DNA of 24,000 nt, from positions 85,631 through 109,630 of the forward strand of contig NZ_CAAGLX010000021.1 of assembly GCF_900770955.1 (NCBI RefSeq), given 5' to 3'. Shown here one piece after another: positions 1 to 9,549 of the stretch. The notes under the pieces were generated by a model, which worked only from the letters and a program-made list of their open reading frames with translations, was not told the DNA's origin and made no database searches. The number at the start of each line of letters is the position of its first letter. Position 1 is the first letter of the stretch. This DNA comes from an uncultured Phascolarctobacterium sp. (GTDB taxonomy: Bacteria > Bacillota > Negativicutes > Acidaminococcales > Acidaminococcaceae). Position numbers and translations under genes: made by a program.

Positions 1-605
1 GTATTTTTGGCTACCGTTTTGTGCATACGCCTCCGGAAATTCTGGAGGTTTCACTGGAAGGCGGCGGTGGTGGCGCTGAAGCTCAGGAAGAAGAAATTGA
101 GCAGCAGGAAGAACCGCTTGTACAAAGTCTGGAGGATATTATTGACCAAAAGCTTAAACCCAAGCCGCAAAAAAAGATTGTCAGGAAAAAGACTGATGCT
201 GCTGCTCCCGGGCCAAAGGCTCCTGCCGGTAATAATACCGGTAGCGGCAGTGGTACAGGCAGTGGTACAGGTACCGGGAGTGGTACGGGTACTGGCAGTG
301 GAAGTGGCAGCAGCGATGGTCGCGGCGTACCGGTTAAGCCTCCGCGTCTGCTGCGTGAGGTTGCTCCCGTATATCCTGCGTCTGCACGCAACAGTGGCGC
401 TACCGGTGTAGTGACGGTACGCATTCTGGTAGGTGCCGACGGCAGTGTAGAGGATGTGTCGGTAGTAAAATCCTCCGGCAACAGTGCTATGGATAACAGC
501 GTTGTGACAGCAGTCAATAAATGGCGCTTCAGCCCTGCCAAGGATAAACTGGGGCAGAACGCACGCTGCCGCGTTACGCGAGCAGTCAGCTTTAATCTGA
601 AATAA
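1..605 (+). CDS. TonB-family protein, C-terminal part (5' end outside window)
   Basis: The reading frame is open to the window edge. The 'M' at 21 is an in-frame GTG, and no N-terminal TM helix is present. A charged E/K/P-rich segment is followed by a (Gly-Ser/Gly-Thr)n linker. The C-terminal ~90 aa (PVYPASARNSGATGVVTVRILVGADGSVEDVSVVKSSGNSAMDNSVVTAVNKWRFSPA) match the TonB_C pattern. Confidence 0.75.
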   Translation, partial: IFGYRFVHTPPEILEVSLEGGGGGAEAQEEEIEQQEEPLVQSLEDIIDQKLKPKPQKKIVRKKTDAAAPGPKAPAGNNTGSGSGTGSGTGTGSGTGTGSGSGSSDGRGVPVKPPRLLREVAPVYPASARNSGATGVVTVRILVGADGSVEDVSVVKSSGNSAMDNSVVTAVNKWRFSPAKDKLGQNARCRVTRAVSFNLK

Positions 606-637
606 AAACTATATACGGACAGATGCTTTTACGCAAA

Positions 638-688
638 AAAGCTGCTAATCTCCGCCTTTAGACGGAGGTCAGCAGCTTTCGCTTTTTA
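638..688 (+). terminator. Rho-independent terminator after the TonB-family gene
   Basis: AAAGCTGCT (638-646) pairs with AGCAGCTTT (671-679). An inner CTCCG/CGGAG stem lies between them, followed by CGCTTTTTA. Confidence 0.6.
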
Positions 689-708
689 TACTACGGATTT
701 TTGCGCTG

Positions 709-755
709 AAAAAGAGAAAAACACGGTCATGAACATGCCGTGCTTTTCTCTTTGC
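709..755. terminator. Strong symmetric hairpin, candidate bidirectional terminator
   Basis: AAAGAGAAAAaCACGG (711-726) pairs with CCGTGcTTTTCTCTTT (738-753), giving 15 bp with one mismatch. The A-tract/T-tract arms supply a U-run in either orientation. Confidence 0.55.
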
Positions 756-800
756 CTTGGTCTCACGGAAGGAATGAGACGGAGTGGAAGGGTTTAGATA

Positions 801-836
801 AATACAAAAATCGTCGGCTGATATTTCATCAGCTGC
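801..836 (-). terminator. Weak terminator-like hairpin downstream of the aminotransferase gene
   Basis: On the minus strand GCTGAT-gaaat-ATCAGC is followed a few nt later by TTTTTGTATTT. The stem is short, so confidence is low. Confidence 0.35.
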
Positions 837-890
837 GTATATTATACTACATGATAAAAGAACTTGTCTAATATGGAGTCAGCATAACAG

Positions 891-2084
891 TTATTTCGCC
901 TTGTTCAGATTTCTGTATTTCGTTACGAAGAGGGCGATACGCTCCAGTGCCTTATGCAGGATTTCCTCGCTGTAAGCATAGGAGCAACGGATATAGCCTT
1001 CGCCGCCGGCACCGAAGATATTGCCGGGGATTACGAGAACCTCCTGCTCCTCCAGCAGCTTTTCAACAAATTCCATACTGGAAAGACCGGTTTCCTTGAT
1101 GCAGGGGAAAACATAGAAGGCACCTTCGGGCTCATACAGCGGCAGTCCCATCTTGTGGAAGCCGTCAATCATAATCTGACGGCGGCGGCTATATTCGGCA
1201 ACCATGTTGTCAACGTCCTGACGGCAGTATTTCAGTGCCGCAATAGCGCCGTACTGTGCCGTAACATTGGGGCAGAGCACCACATACTGATGCAGAATAT
1301 TCATAGCGTTGATGATTGCCGCCGGTGCCATGATATAGCCGAGACGCAGACCGGTCATAGCGTAGGCTTTGGAGAAGCCGTTGAAGATAATGGTGCGGTC
1401 GCGGAATTCCGGGAAGGAGGTGAACATGGTGTGTGTTTTGCCGCCGTAGGTAAGATGAGCATAAAGCTCGTCACTGATGACAATCAGGTCATGCTTAACT
1501 GCCCAGTCACCGATAGCCTTAATCTGCTCCTTGCTCATAACAGCGCCGGTCGGGTTATTGGGATAGCCGAGCATAATAGCCTTGGTCTTAGGCGTAACAG
1601 CCTTTTCCAAATCTTCGATAGTAGGCACAAAGCCGTTTTCCTGATATGTTTCTACGGAAACAGGCTTGCCGCCTGCCAAAATAACGCAGGCCTTGTTGGC
1701 AACGTAGCAGGGCTCGGGCAGAATAATTTCGTCACCGGGATGCATAATCGTGGTGATAGTGGTGTACAGTGCTTCACTGACACCGACGGTTACCATGATT
1801 TCGGTTTTGGGATCGTATTTAACGCCGTAGTTTTTATGGATATCATCTGCAATTGCTTCACGCAGCTCCAAAAGACCGAGAGTGGGAGTATAGCAGCTTT
1901 TGCCTTCGCAGATGCTGTTGATTTCGGCATCCTTGACAGCCTGTGGAATATCAAAATCGGGTTCGCCGACGCTGAGAGGTACGATGTTGGGGTTAGCAGC
2001 CATAATATCAAGAAACTTTGCCAGACCGGAGGGAGGCAGTGCTTTAATAAAGGGAGAAACAGCAGCATCAAAATTATAGGACAT
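891..2084 (-). CDS. PLP-dependent class I/II aminotransferase (aspartate/aromatic-type)
   Basis: The ORF track gives 891..2153. I prefer the internal ATG at 2084 (MSYNFDAAV...), which is preceded by GAAAGGTGG. Family motifs are GYPNNPTG and the PLP-lysine context FSKAYAMTGLRLGY. Confidence 0.85.
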   Translation of the reverse strand: MSYNFDAAVSPFIKALPPSGLAKFLDIMAANPNIVPLSVGEPDFDIPQAVKDAEINSICEGKSCYTPTLGLLELREAIADDIHKNYGVKYDPKTEIMVTVGVSEALYTTITTIMHPGDEIILPEPCYVANKACVILAGGKPVSVETYQENGFVPTIEDLEKAVTPKTKAIMLGYPNNPTGAVMSKEQIKAIGDWAVKHDLIVISDELYAHLTYGGKTHTMFTSFPEFRDRTIIFNGFSKAYAMTGLRLGYIMAPAAIINAMNILHQYVVLCPNVTAQYGAIAALKYCRQDVDNMVAEYSRRRQIMIDGFHKMGLPLYEPEGAFYVFPCIKETGLSSMEFVEKLLEEQEVLVIPGNIFGAGGEGYIRCSYAYSEEILHKALERIALFVTKYRNLNKAK

Positions 2085-2294
2085 AAAAATACCACCTTTC
2101 TTAAAAAGCTTGTCGATAAAGCGCCCTTGTAAAAACTGACACTTTTTCCACAATCTCTATCTGTTTACTATATTACTGTAGCAGATATTTTTATGACTGG
2201 CAAGCGTAAGCGCCGTGTATACATTTTCCATGGTAGATTTAGCATTTTTTTGTATAAAATTTAACATATCATAACTATATATAGCGTCTGCTAC

Positions 2295-2323
2295 TTGCAA
2301 GACTTGCCAACAGATGCTATAAT
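2295..2323 (+). promoter_or_regulatory. Sigma-70-type promoter for the rimP-nusA-infB operon
   Basis: TTGCAA (2295-2300), a 17-nt spacer, then TATAAT (2318-2323), about 150 nt upstream of rimP. Confidence 0.5.
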
Positions 2324-2472
2324 AAGAATAGCCAAAATAAGTATGACTTGTGAAAGAGTGGGTTTAAAGCCCGCTCTTTCCGCTTATTACGATGTTTCTG
2401 ACGCATTTGCGGCAGAAGCAGGTATTGGCCGCAAGGTTAGTACAGAAAGAAAAACTTAATATGGAGGTGAAA

Positions 2473-2952
2473 ATGATGCAGGCAAAAGAAGTTGAAGCAC
2501 TGATTACCGCAATGGTAGAACCCCTTCTGCAGGACACCGGACTTACTCTGGTTGATGTAGAATATGTGCGTGAAAAGGACTGGTACCTACGGATTTTTCT
2601 CGATAAGCCTGGCGGAGTTGAAATTGATGACTGCCAGATGGTAAGCGAAAAGCTGACGGAGATTCTGGATGCAGAGGATCCTATTCCCGAAAAATACTTT
2701 TTGGAGGTTTCTTCCCCGGGCATTGACCGTCCGCTGAAGAAGGACAAGGACTTTGAAGCTGCCTACGGCACCAAGGTTGATATTATGTTCTATACTCCGT
2801 GGGAGGGAATGAAAAATCTGACCGGTATTCTGGTAGCACATGACGACGAAGCTGTACAGGTTAAAAAGATTATTAAAGGTAAGGAATTCAAAAATCCTGA
2901 CCGCATTGAACGTAGGCTGATTGCGAATATCAGACCGCATATAGACTTTTAA
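2473..2952 (+). CDS. rimP: Ribosome maturation factor RimP
   Basis: The ATG at 2473 is preceded by GGAGGTG. The upstream extension in the track (from 2392) lacks an RBS. The sequence LRIFLDKPGGVEIDDCQMVSEKLTEILD...YFLEVSSPGIDRPL is typical of RimP, and the gene sits immediately upstream of nusA. Confidence 0.85.
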   Translation: MMQAKEVEALITAMVEPLLQDTGLTLVDVEYVREKDWYLRIFLDKPGGVEIDDCQMVSEKLTEILDAEDPIPEKYFLEVSSPGIDRPLKKDKDFEAAYGTKVDIMFYTPWEGMKNLTGILVAHDDEAVQVKKIIKGKEFKNPDRIERRLIANIRPHIDF

Positions 2953-2976
2953 TTTAAAAAATAGGAGGCTTATTAA

Positions 2977-4050
2977 GTGAACGCAGATTTTATCTCAGCA
3001 ATCCAGGAATTAGGAAAGGAAAAGGGTATTGACCCCGAGCTTTTGTTCCAGGCTGTTGATGACGCTTTGGTTGCTGCTTACAAGAAGAACACCGGCACAA
3101 ACCAGAATGTCCGTGTTGAAATGAATAAAGAAACAGGTGAAATCCATGTATATGCACAGCGCACTGTAGTTGAAGGTGAGGCTGACGGCATTAACGAGAT
3201 GACTCTGGAGGATGCTCAGGAAATCAATCCGCAGTATCTGGCAGGCGATATCGTAGAGGTAGAGGTTACTCCGAAAAACTTCGGTCGTATTGCTGCACAG
3301 AACGCTAAGCAGTTTGTTGTACAGCGTATCCGTGAGGCAGAGCGCGGACAGGTGTATGAACGCTTCCAAAGCCGTGCCAATGATATCGTTACCGGTATTA
3401 TCGAGCGCATGGAAAACCAAAACGTTTATATCGATTTGGGCAAGGTTGAGGCCGTACTGACTCCTAACGAGCAGATTCCCGGTGAAATCTACCAATACCA
3501 TGAGCGTATGAAAACCTATATTGTTGAGGTTAAGCGCACCAACAAGGGACCGCAGATTATGGTTTCCCGTACTCATCCCGGCCTGCTGAAGCGCCTGTTT
3601 GAGCTGGAGGTTCCGGAAATTCATGACGGCGTGGTTGAAATCAAATCCGTTGCCCGTGAGCCCGGTATGCGCTCCAAAATTTCCGTATATACCGCTGACA
3701 GCAATGTTGATCCGGTAGGTGCCTGCGTAGGCCATAAGGGCATGCGTGTGCAGACTATCGTTAACGAGCTGCGCGGTGAGAAGATTGATATTGTAAAATA
3801 CAGTGAAGATCCGGCACAATATGTTGCCAACGCTCTGAGCCCGGCAAAGGTTGTCAAGACAACCATTAACGAAGCAGATAAAATCTGCCGTGTTGTCGTA
3901 CCGGATTACCAGCTGTCCCTGGCTATCGGCAAGGAAGGCCAAAATGCCCGTCTGGCTGCTAAGCTGACCGGCTGGAAGATTGATATTAAGAGCGAAACTC
4001 AGGCTGCCGAAGAGGCTGCTGCTGAGCCTGCTCCCATGGAAGAAGCATGA
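2977..4050 (+). CDS. nusA: Transcription termination/antitermination factor NusA
   Basis: GTG start after AGGAGG. It has the NusA N-terminal, S1 and two KH regions ([27 protein letters not shown]) and the conserved position between rimP and ylxR. Confidence 0.95.
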   Translation: MNADFISAIQELGKEKGIDPELLFQAVDDALVAAYKKNTGTNQNVRVEMNKETGEIHVYAQRTVVEGEADGINEMTLEDAQEINPQYLAGDIVEVEVTPKNFGRIAAQNAKQFVVQRIREAERGQVYERFQSRANDIVTGIIERMENQNVYIDLGKVEAVLTPNEQIPGEIYQYHERMKTYIVEVKRTNKGPQIMVSRTHPGLLKRLFELEVPEIHDGVVEIKSVAREPGMRSKISVYTADSNVDPVGACVGHKGMRVQTIVNELRGEKIDIVKYSEDPAQYVANALSPAKVVKTTINEADKICRVVVPDYQLSLAIGKEGQNARLAAKLTGWKIDIKSETQAAEEAAAEPAPMEEA

Positions 4051-4322
4051 TGAAGGTAAAAAAAATTCCGCAGCGTAAATGCTTAGGCTGCAATGAAATG
4101 AAGGATAAAAAGGCTCTGCTGCGCGTTGTACGTTCGCCTGAGGGCGAGGTCAGTCTTGACCTTACCGGCAAGAAGAACGGACGCGGCGCATATGTCTGCC
4201 CCGATAAGGAATGCATTACCAAGGCCGTAAAGGAAAAACGTCTGGAGCGCGCTTTGGAAAAGCCTATCGGTGATGATGTACTCAAGCAGCTGCTGGAGGA
4301 ATTCGAACATGGCAGGCAATAA
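4047..4322 (+). CDS. ylxR: YlxR/RnpM family (DUF448) RNA-binding protein
   Basis: The signature RKCLGCNEMKDKKALLRVV...GRGAYVC is present. The start overlaps the nusA stop (ATGATG). Confidence 0.85.
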   Translation: MMKVKKIPQRKCLGCNEMKDKKALLRVVRSPEGEVSLDLTGKKNGRGAYVCPDKECITKAVKEKRLERALEKPIGDDVLKQLLEEFEHGRQ

Positions 4323-4605
4323 TGTTGCTTTTGCTTTAGGGTTGGCGCAAAAGGCAGGCAAAACCGCTTCCGGCGATACAGCTGTGCGTGCTGCCTTAAA
4401 AAGCGGCAAGGTCAAGGTACTTGTTTTGGCACAAGATGCTGCCCCTAATTCAAAAAAGGAAATATATTTCCTGACAGAGATGGCAGGTGTACAGGTTATT
4501 GAGCTGTTGACGCGCAATGAGCTGGGCTATGCAATCGGCAAGGGACCAAGAATTGCAGTGGCTGTTACCGATGCGAATTTTGCCAACATGCTGCTAAAAA
4601 AATAA
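4309..4605 (+). CDS. ylxQ: L7Ae-family ribosomal-protein-like YlxQ
   Basis: I prefer the MAGNNVAFALGLAQKAGK... start at 4309 (the track starts at 4270). It shows the L7Ae/L30e-like pattern and the conserved nusA-ylxR-ylxQ-infB order. Confidence 0.8.
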   Translation: MAGNNVAFALGLAQKAGKTASGDTAVRAALKSGKVKVLVLAQDAAPNSKKEIYFLTEMAGVQVIELLTRNELGYAIGKGPRIAVAVTDANFANMLLKK

Positions 4606-4689
4606 TAATTTAAATCACAGTTGTCTGCGCAGCTTGTGTAAGCTTCGCAGATGAATCTGCTTCTTATTATCTGGTCTGGAGGTGGATGA

Positions 4690-7245
4690 ATGGGTAATAA
4701 AAGAATATATGAGGTTGCCAAGGATTATGGCAAACCTGTAAACGAGGTCATTGACCTATTGAAGAAAAATAATATTGAAAAGACTAATTTTAGTGCAGCT
4801 GATGACAAGGCTATGTCTGTTATCCGTAAAGCATACGATAAAAAACCAGAACCGCCCAAACCGGCGAAGACGGAAAAACGTGATGTCAGCAAACCGGCTG
4901 CTCCTGCGCGTCCGCAGGCTACAGCTAAAAGAAACGATAACAATATGAATAGGAATAACGGACAGAGGAATATGCAACAAAATCAGCAACAAAATCAACG
5001 CAATAACAACAACGCTCAACAAGGGCGTAATGAAAATCGTCAGGGTGGCCGCAACGAAGGCCGTCCGCAGCAAAATCGCGGTGGCCAGCAGGGCAACCGC
5101 CAAGGCGGCCGTAACGAAGGCCGTCCGCAAAACCGTGGCGGCCAACAGGGTGGTCAGGGCAACCGTCAGGGTAACCGCAATGGCCAGCAACGTCAGGGCG
5201 GTATCTTTGTAGGCCCCAAGAGCCAACAGCAGGGCCCGAGCGTACACGGTGAAAGCCGTGCACAGGTTAGCGGTGGCCGCAGCGAAGGCCGTAGCGGCGG
5301 CCGCAGCGAAGGTGCTCGCGATAACCGCCAGGGCGGCCGTAATGCAGGCAAGAGCCGTAAGGACAACAAGCCGCAGATTAAGGGCAGCTACGCTACCCGC
5401 GAAAGCCGTCCGAACCGCAGTGCCGGCCATCAGATGCCGGTAAACCGTGGCGGCAAGAAGCCCGCACCGAAGCAGCAGCAGGCTCCTGTAGAAATCGTTC
5501 GTCCGACCTATGTTGAAATCGGCGAATCTATCAATGTACAGGAATTCTCCAAGCTCATTAAGCGTGAGGTTAACGAAGTAATCAAGGCTCTCTTTATGCT
5601 GGGCGTAATGGTTACCATCAACCAGGATATTGATTTCGAAACCGCACAGCTTATCGGTGACAACTTCGGCGTAGAGGTTGGCCAAAAGGCTCCGGAAGAG
5701 GATCCGACCGAAATTCCCGAGGTTGACGATCCGCCTGAAAAACGCGTTCCGCGTCCGCCGGTTATTACCGTTATGGGTCACGTTGACCATGGTAAAACCT
5801 CCTTGCTGGACGCTATCCGCAAAACCAACGTTACTTCCCGCGAGGCCGGCGGTATTACCCAGCACATCGGTGCTTATAAGGTAAACTACCAGGGCAAGCA
5901 GATTGTTTTCCTGGATACCCCGGGCCATGAGGCTTTCACTGCTATGCGTGCCCGCGGCGCACAGGTAACCGACGTTGCTATTCTGGTTGTAGCAGCAGAT
6001 GACGGTGTAATGCCGCAGACCATCGAGGCTATCAACCATGCTAAGGCTGCAAAGGTACCTATCATTGTAGCTATCAACAAAATCGACCGTCCGGGCGCAA
6101 ATCCGGATCACGTTAAACAACAGCTGGCCGAGCATGAGCTCATTCCTGAGGATTGGGGCGGCGACACCATTATGGTTCCTGTTTCCGCACATCAGAAAAC
6201 CGGTATCAGCGACCTGCTGGAAATGATTCTGCTAGTTGCTGAAATGCAGGAGCTGAAGGCTAACCCGAACCTGCCTGCTCACGGCACCATCATCGAGGCA
6301 CAGCTGGATAAGGGTCGCGGACCTGTTGCTACCGTACTGGTACAGCGCGGTACTCTGCATATCGGTGATACCATTATTGCCGGCATCTCCTACGGTAAGG
6401 TTCGTGCAATGATTAATGACCGTGGCGAAAAGGTTAAAAAAGCTCTGCCTTCTACCCCTGTAGAGGTATTGGGCTTAAACGATGTACCGGCTGCCGGCGA
6501 TATCCTCGACAGCACCGATGAAAAGACTGCCCGCAGCGTTGCCGAAAAACGTATCGCCAAGAAGAAGGAAGAGGAAATCAAGCTGAACTCCAAGGTTTCT
6601 CTGGATGACCTGTTCCAACGCATTAAAGAAGGCGAAATCAAAGAGCTGAACATCGTAGTTAAGGCTGACGTTCAGGGCACCATCGAAGCACTGAAGGCAT
6701 CTCTGGAAAAAATCAAAAACGATGAGGTTAAGGTTGCCGTTGTCCATGCAGGCGTAGGCGCTATCACCGAATCCGACGTAATGCTGGCATCCGCTGCCAA
6801 CGCGCTGATTATCGGCTTTAACGTTCGTCCTGATGCCAACGCGCGCAAGGCTGCCGAAACCGAAAAGGTTGACGTACGCACCTACCGCGTTATTTACGAC
6901 GCACTCAACGACGTTGAGGCTGCTATCAAGGGTATGCTTGCTCCTAAATTCAAGGAGGTTATCCAAGGCCGCGTAGAAATCCGTCAGCTGATTACTATTT
7001 CCAAGCTGAAGATTGCGGGCTGCTATGTAGTTGAAGGTAAGGTTACCAACAGCTCCAAGGTTCGTGTTGTCCGTGACGGTATCGTAGTTCACGAGGGCGT
7101 TATCGAATCTCTGCGCCGCTTCAAGGACGATGTCAAGGAAGTTGCTCAAGGCTACGAATGTGGTATTACTTTAGAGAAGTTCAGCGACCTTAAAGAGGGC
7201 GATGTCTTTGAAGTATACGACATGGAAGAAATCGCAGTAGAATAG
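4690..7245 (+). CDS. infB: Translation initiation factor IF-2
   Basis: GGAGGTG RBS. The GTPase motifs are [13 protein letters not shown] and NKID. The full C-terminal domains and a long low-complexity N-terminal region are present. Confidence 0.97.
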   Translation: MGNKRIYEVAKDYGKPVNEVIDLLKKNNIEKTNFSAADDKAMSVIRKAYDKKPEPPKPAKTEKRDVSKPAAPARPQATAKRNDNNMNRNNGQRNMQQNQQQNQRNNNNAQQGRNENRQGGRNEGRPQQNRGGQQGNRQGGRNEGRPQNRGGQQGGQGNRQGNRNGQQRQGGIFVGPKSQQQGPSVHGESRAQVSGGRSEGRSGGRSEGARDNRQGGRNAGKSRKDNKPQIKGSYATRESRPNRSAGHQMPVNRGGKKPAPKQQQAPVEIVRPTYVEIGESINVQEFSKLIKREVNEVIKALFMLGVMVTINQDIDFETAQLIGDNFGVEVGQKAPEEDPTEIPEVDDPPEKRVPRPPVITVMGHVDHGKTSLLDAIRKTNVTSREAGGITQHIGAYKVNYQGKQIVFLDTPGHEAFTAMRARGAQVTDVAILVVAADDGVMPQTIEAINHAKAAKVPIIVAINKIDRPGANPDHVKQQLAEHELIPEDWGGDTIMVPVSAHQKTGISDLLEMILLVAEMQELKANPNLPAHGTIIEAQLDKGRGPVATVLVQRGTLHIGDTIIAGISYGKVRAMINDRGEKVKKALPSTPVEVLGLNDVPAAGDILDSTDEKTARSVAEKRIAKKKEEEIKLNSKVSLDDLFQRIKEGEIKELNIVVKADVQGTIEALKASLEKIKNDEVKVAVVHAGVGAITESDVMLASAANALIIGFNVRPDANARKAAETEKVDVRTYRVIYDALNDVEAAIKGMLAPKFKEVIQGRVEIRQLITISKLKIAGCYVVEGKVTNSSKVRVVRDGIVVHEGVIESLRRFKDDVKEVAQGYECGITLEKFSDLKEGDVFEVYDMEEIAVE
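5035..5151 (+). repeat. In-frame tandem repeat inside infB (about 60 + 57 nt units)
   Basis: Unit A (5035-5094) encodes [20 protein letters not shown] and unit B (5095-5151) encodes [19 protein letters not shown]. The nucleotide sequences are near-identical, and degenerate copies continue to about 5200. A separate [14 protein letters not shown] repeat lies near 5272-5313. Confidence 0.8.
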
Positions 7246-7349
7246 TCTGCCGCATAAGGCACATGGCGCAGGAATGCAGGCCGCATACGCCGCATTCCCG
7301 CAGCTGCTGCCTGTACGTCAGTCTGTATCTATATATAGAGGAAAAGAAA

Positions 7350-7727
7350 ATGGCAAGACTTAGAGTAGAAAAAGTACAAGAGGCCATCAAGCATGAAATC
7401 AGCAAAATGCTGCTGCATGATGTCAAGGATCCGCGCATTCAGTTTGTTACCGTAACCGGTGTGGAGCTGACAGATGACATGAGCTATGCAAAGATTTTCA
7501 TCAGCATGTATGGTCCCAAGGATAAACAGGATGAAACCTGGAAGGCTCTGAACAAGGCATTAGGCTTCATGCGTACGGAAATTGCTAAACGCATCCGCCT
7601 GCGCTTTGCACCGACCCTGATTCTGCAGAAGGATACCTCTGCAGAATACAGTGCGCATATTCAGAGCATTTTAGATAAGATTAAGCAGGAAGAAAAGCCT
7701 GCAGCCGAGGAAGCAGAGCATGAGTAA
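7350..7727 (+). CDS. rbfA: Ribosome-binding factor A
   Basis: ATG at 7350 after AGAGGAAAAG. The sequence MARLRVEKVQEAIKHEISKMLL...VTVTGVELTDDMSYAKIFIS is typical of RbfA. The track's upstream extension from 7263 is implausible. Confidence 0.9.
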   Translation: MARLRVEKVQEAIKHEISKMLLHDVKDPRIQFVTVTGVELTDDMSYAKIFISMYGPKDKQDETWKALNKALGFMRTEIAKRIRLRFAPTLILQKDTSAEYSAHIQSILDKIKQEEKPAAEEAEHE

Positions 7728-8670
7728 GGAGCTTAGCCTGCAGGAAACAGGCGCTATGCTGCTGGCGGCAGAAAAAATCGTGCTGTGCACCCATGTAAGC
7801 CCGGATGGCGACACCCTGGGCTCCACCTTGGGACTGGCACGCTTTTTGCTGGCACAGGGCAAGCAGGTTACTGTTTTCTGTGATGACGTTATCAACAAAA
7901 GCTTTAGCTTTTTTCCCGGCATTGAATTGTGTGAACGCCCGGTAGAGGGCAGCAAGCTGCAGACGGAGCTGCTGGTTGTTATTGATGCCAGCTCCTTTGA
8001 TCGCGTCGGACTGGTGTCCGAGGTTGTAGAAGCCAAAACGCTGCTGAACATCGACCACCATATTTCCAATGAACGCTTTGCCGATTATCTCTATCTGGAT
8101 GCCAAGGCAGCAGCCGTAGGCGAGGTAATGTGCGATCTGTTCATGGCTATGCAATGGCCCTTTGATAAGGAAATTGCTACCTGCTTTTACACAGCAATCA
8201 GCACAGACTGCGGTTCGTTCCGCTATGCCAACACTACGCCGAAAACTATGCGTAATGCCGCCAAGCTGCTGGAATACGGCGTGCAGCCTAACGAAATCAG
8301 CGACGCTATGGACGTGCGCTCCCGTGAAACGGTAGAGATGCTGGCCAAGGTATTGCCTTCGCTGACCTTCGCTTATGACGGCAAAATCGCTTATCTCACA
8401 ATTACCAACGATTTATATGACAAGGATGTCCAGACCGACAGCTTTGTGTCCTACCCGCGCTATATCGAGGGCGTTGACGTAGCTATTATGTTCAAGGCCG
8501 TTGAACCGGCGGTAACGCGCGTGAGCATGCGCTCCAAGAGCGTTGATGTATCCGCTGTGGCTGTAGCCTTCGGCGGCGGCGGTCATCTGCGGGCAGCAGG
8601 CTGTACGATTTATGCACCGGTAGAGGAGGCTCGCACTCAGCTGCTGGAGGCATTGGGCAAATTGGTTTAA
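7720..8670 (+). CDS. nrnA: DHH/DHHA1 phosphoesterase (NrnA-like oligoribonuclease/pAp phosphatase)
   Basis: Motifs seen: HVSPDGDTLGS, NIDHHISN and FGGGGHLRAAG. The start overlaps the rbfA stop by 8 nt. Confidence 0.85.
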   Translation: MSKELSLQETGAMLLAAEKIVLCTHVSPDGDTLGSTLGLARFLLAQGKQVTVFCDDVINKSFSFFPGIELCERPVEGSKLQTELLVVIDASSFDRVGLVSEVVEAKTLLNIDHHISNERFADYLYLDAKAAAVGEVMCDLFMAMQWPFDKEIATCFYTAISTDCGSFRYANTTPKTMRNAAKLLEYGVQPNEISDAMDVRSRETVEMLAKVLPSLTFAYDGKIAYLTITNDLYDKDVQTDSFVSYPRYIEGVDVAIMFKAVEPAVTRVSMRSKSVDVSAVAVAFGGGGHLRAAGCTIYAPVEEARTQLLEALGKLV

Positions 8671-8671
8671 T

Positions 8672-9547
8672 ATGGACGCAATTTTTAATGTATTAAAACC
8701 ACCACAGATGACATCACATGATGTTATCGGCTTTTTGCGGCGCGTGCTTAACACAAAGAAAATCGGACATGGGGGAACTCTTGACCCTGACGCGGCAGGA
8801 GTTCTTCCTGTTTTTGCGGGCAGTGCAACCCGTCTGCTGGAATTTGCCGTGGAGGGCCGCAAGGAATATATTGCTGAATTTACGCTGGGAGCGCAGACTG
8901 TTACCGGCGATGACAGCGGCGAGGTTGTCAAAACGATGCCTGTGCCTGCGTTCGGGAAGGCAGAGCTGGAAGCTGTGCTTGCACGCTTTACGGGTAAGCA
9001 GCTGCAGCTGCCGCCGATGTATTCGGCAATCAAAATCAACGGCAAAAAGCTGTATCAGCTGGCACGTCAGGGTGTAGAGGTGGAACGCACCGCACGTCCC
9101 ATCGAGGTTTATAAGCTGGAGCTTCTGCATTACACGGCAAACAGCTTCACCGTGCGTGTAGCCTGCTCCAAGGGCACCTATATCCGCGTTCTGGGCGAGG
9201 ACCTGGCGACGGCGCTGGGAACCTGCGGTACCATGAGCTTTTTGCTGCGTACCCAGGTGGGAGCCTACACGATTGACAAGGCCTGCACGCTGCAGGAAAT
9301 CGCGGAGAACCCAGAGGCCTGTGCCGCAGAGCCGCTGACTGCTGTTGCCGAGCTGCCCAAGCTCAAGGTGAATGCCCGTCAGGCGGCGCGCATTACCAAC
9401 GGTGTACGCACCACGGTGGCGCAGACTGCCGACGGCAGATACGTCCTGCTGGGGCCGGGGGATGAATTCTTAGGCATCGTCCGCTGTGAGCAGGAACGCC
9501 TGCAGGCAGAAAAAATCTTAGAGCATTACCCGATGCCAGAGGAATAA
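8672..9547 (+). CDS. truB: tRNA pseudouridine(55) synthase TruB
   Basis: Catalytic-Asp motif GHGGTLDPDAAGVLPV, followed by KGTYIRVL. Confidence 0.95.
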   Translation: MDAIFNVLKPPQMTSHDVIGFLRRVLNTKKIGHGGTLDPDAAGVLPVFAGSATRLLEFAVEGRKEYIAEFTLGAQTVTGDDSGEVVKTMPVPAFGKAELEAVLARFTGKQLQLPPMYSAIKINGKKLYQLARQGVEVERTARPIEVYKLELLHYTANSFTVRVACSKGTYIRVLGEDLATALGTCGTMSFLLRTQVGAYTIDKACTLQEIAENPEACAAEPLTAVAELPKLKVNARQAARITNGVRTTVAQTADGRYVLLGPGDEFLGIVRCEQERLQAEKILEHYPMPEE

Positions 9548-9549
9548 GC

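Noticed and set aside
954-2132. 392-aa plus-strand ORF
   Set aside because: It lies entirely antisense to the well-supported aminotransferase gene. It has no RBS and no recognisable motifs, so it is a shadow ORF.
2362-2391. Hairpin GAAAGAGtGGG...CCCgCTCTTTC in the rimP/nusA leader, a possible NusA autoregulatory attenuator
   Set aside because: No U-run follows, and I cannot show conservation. It is noted only as a possibility.
3010-3942. 310-aa minus-strand ORF
   Set aside because: Antisense shadow of nusA. The same reasoning applies to 9568-10257 (ribF), 8413-9045 (nrnA/truB), 22210-23097 (asd), 6475-7149 (infB) and the many short minus-strand ORFs inside the SNF2, mod and res genes.
4756-6192. 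478-aa minus-strand ORF, plus several shorter ORFs inside infB
   Set aside because: They are antisense to IF-2. Their composition is low-complexity, driven by the repeat region of the real gene.
7262-7320. Hairpin GCG-ca-GGAATGC ... GCATTCC-CGC between infB and rbfA
   Set aside because: No U-tract follows, so it is not an intrinsic terminator. It may be a processing or stability element, but nothing supports a specific call.
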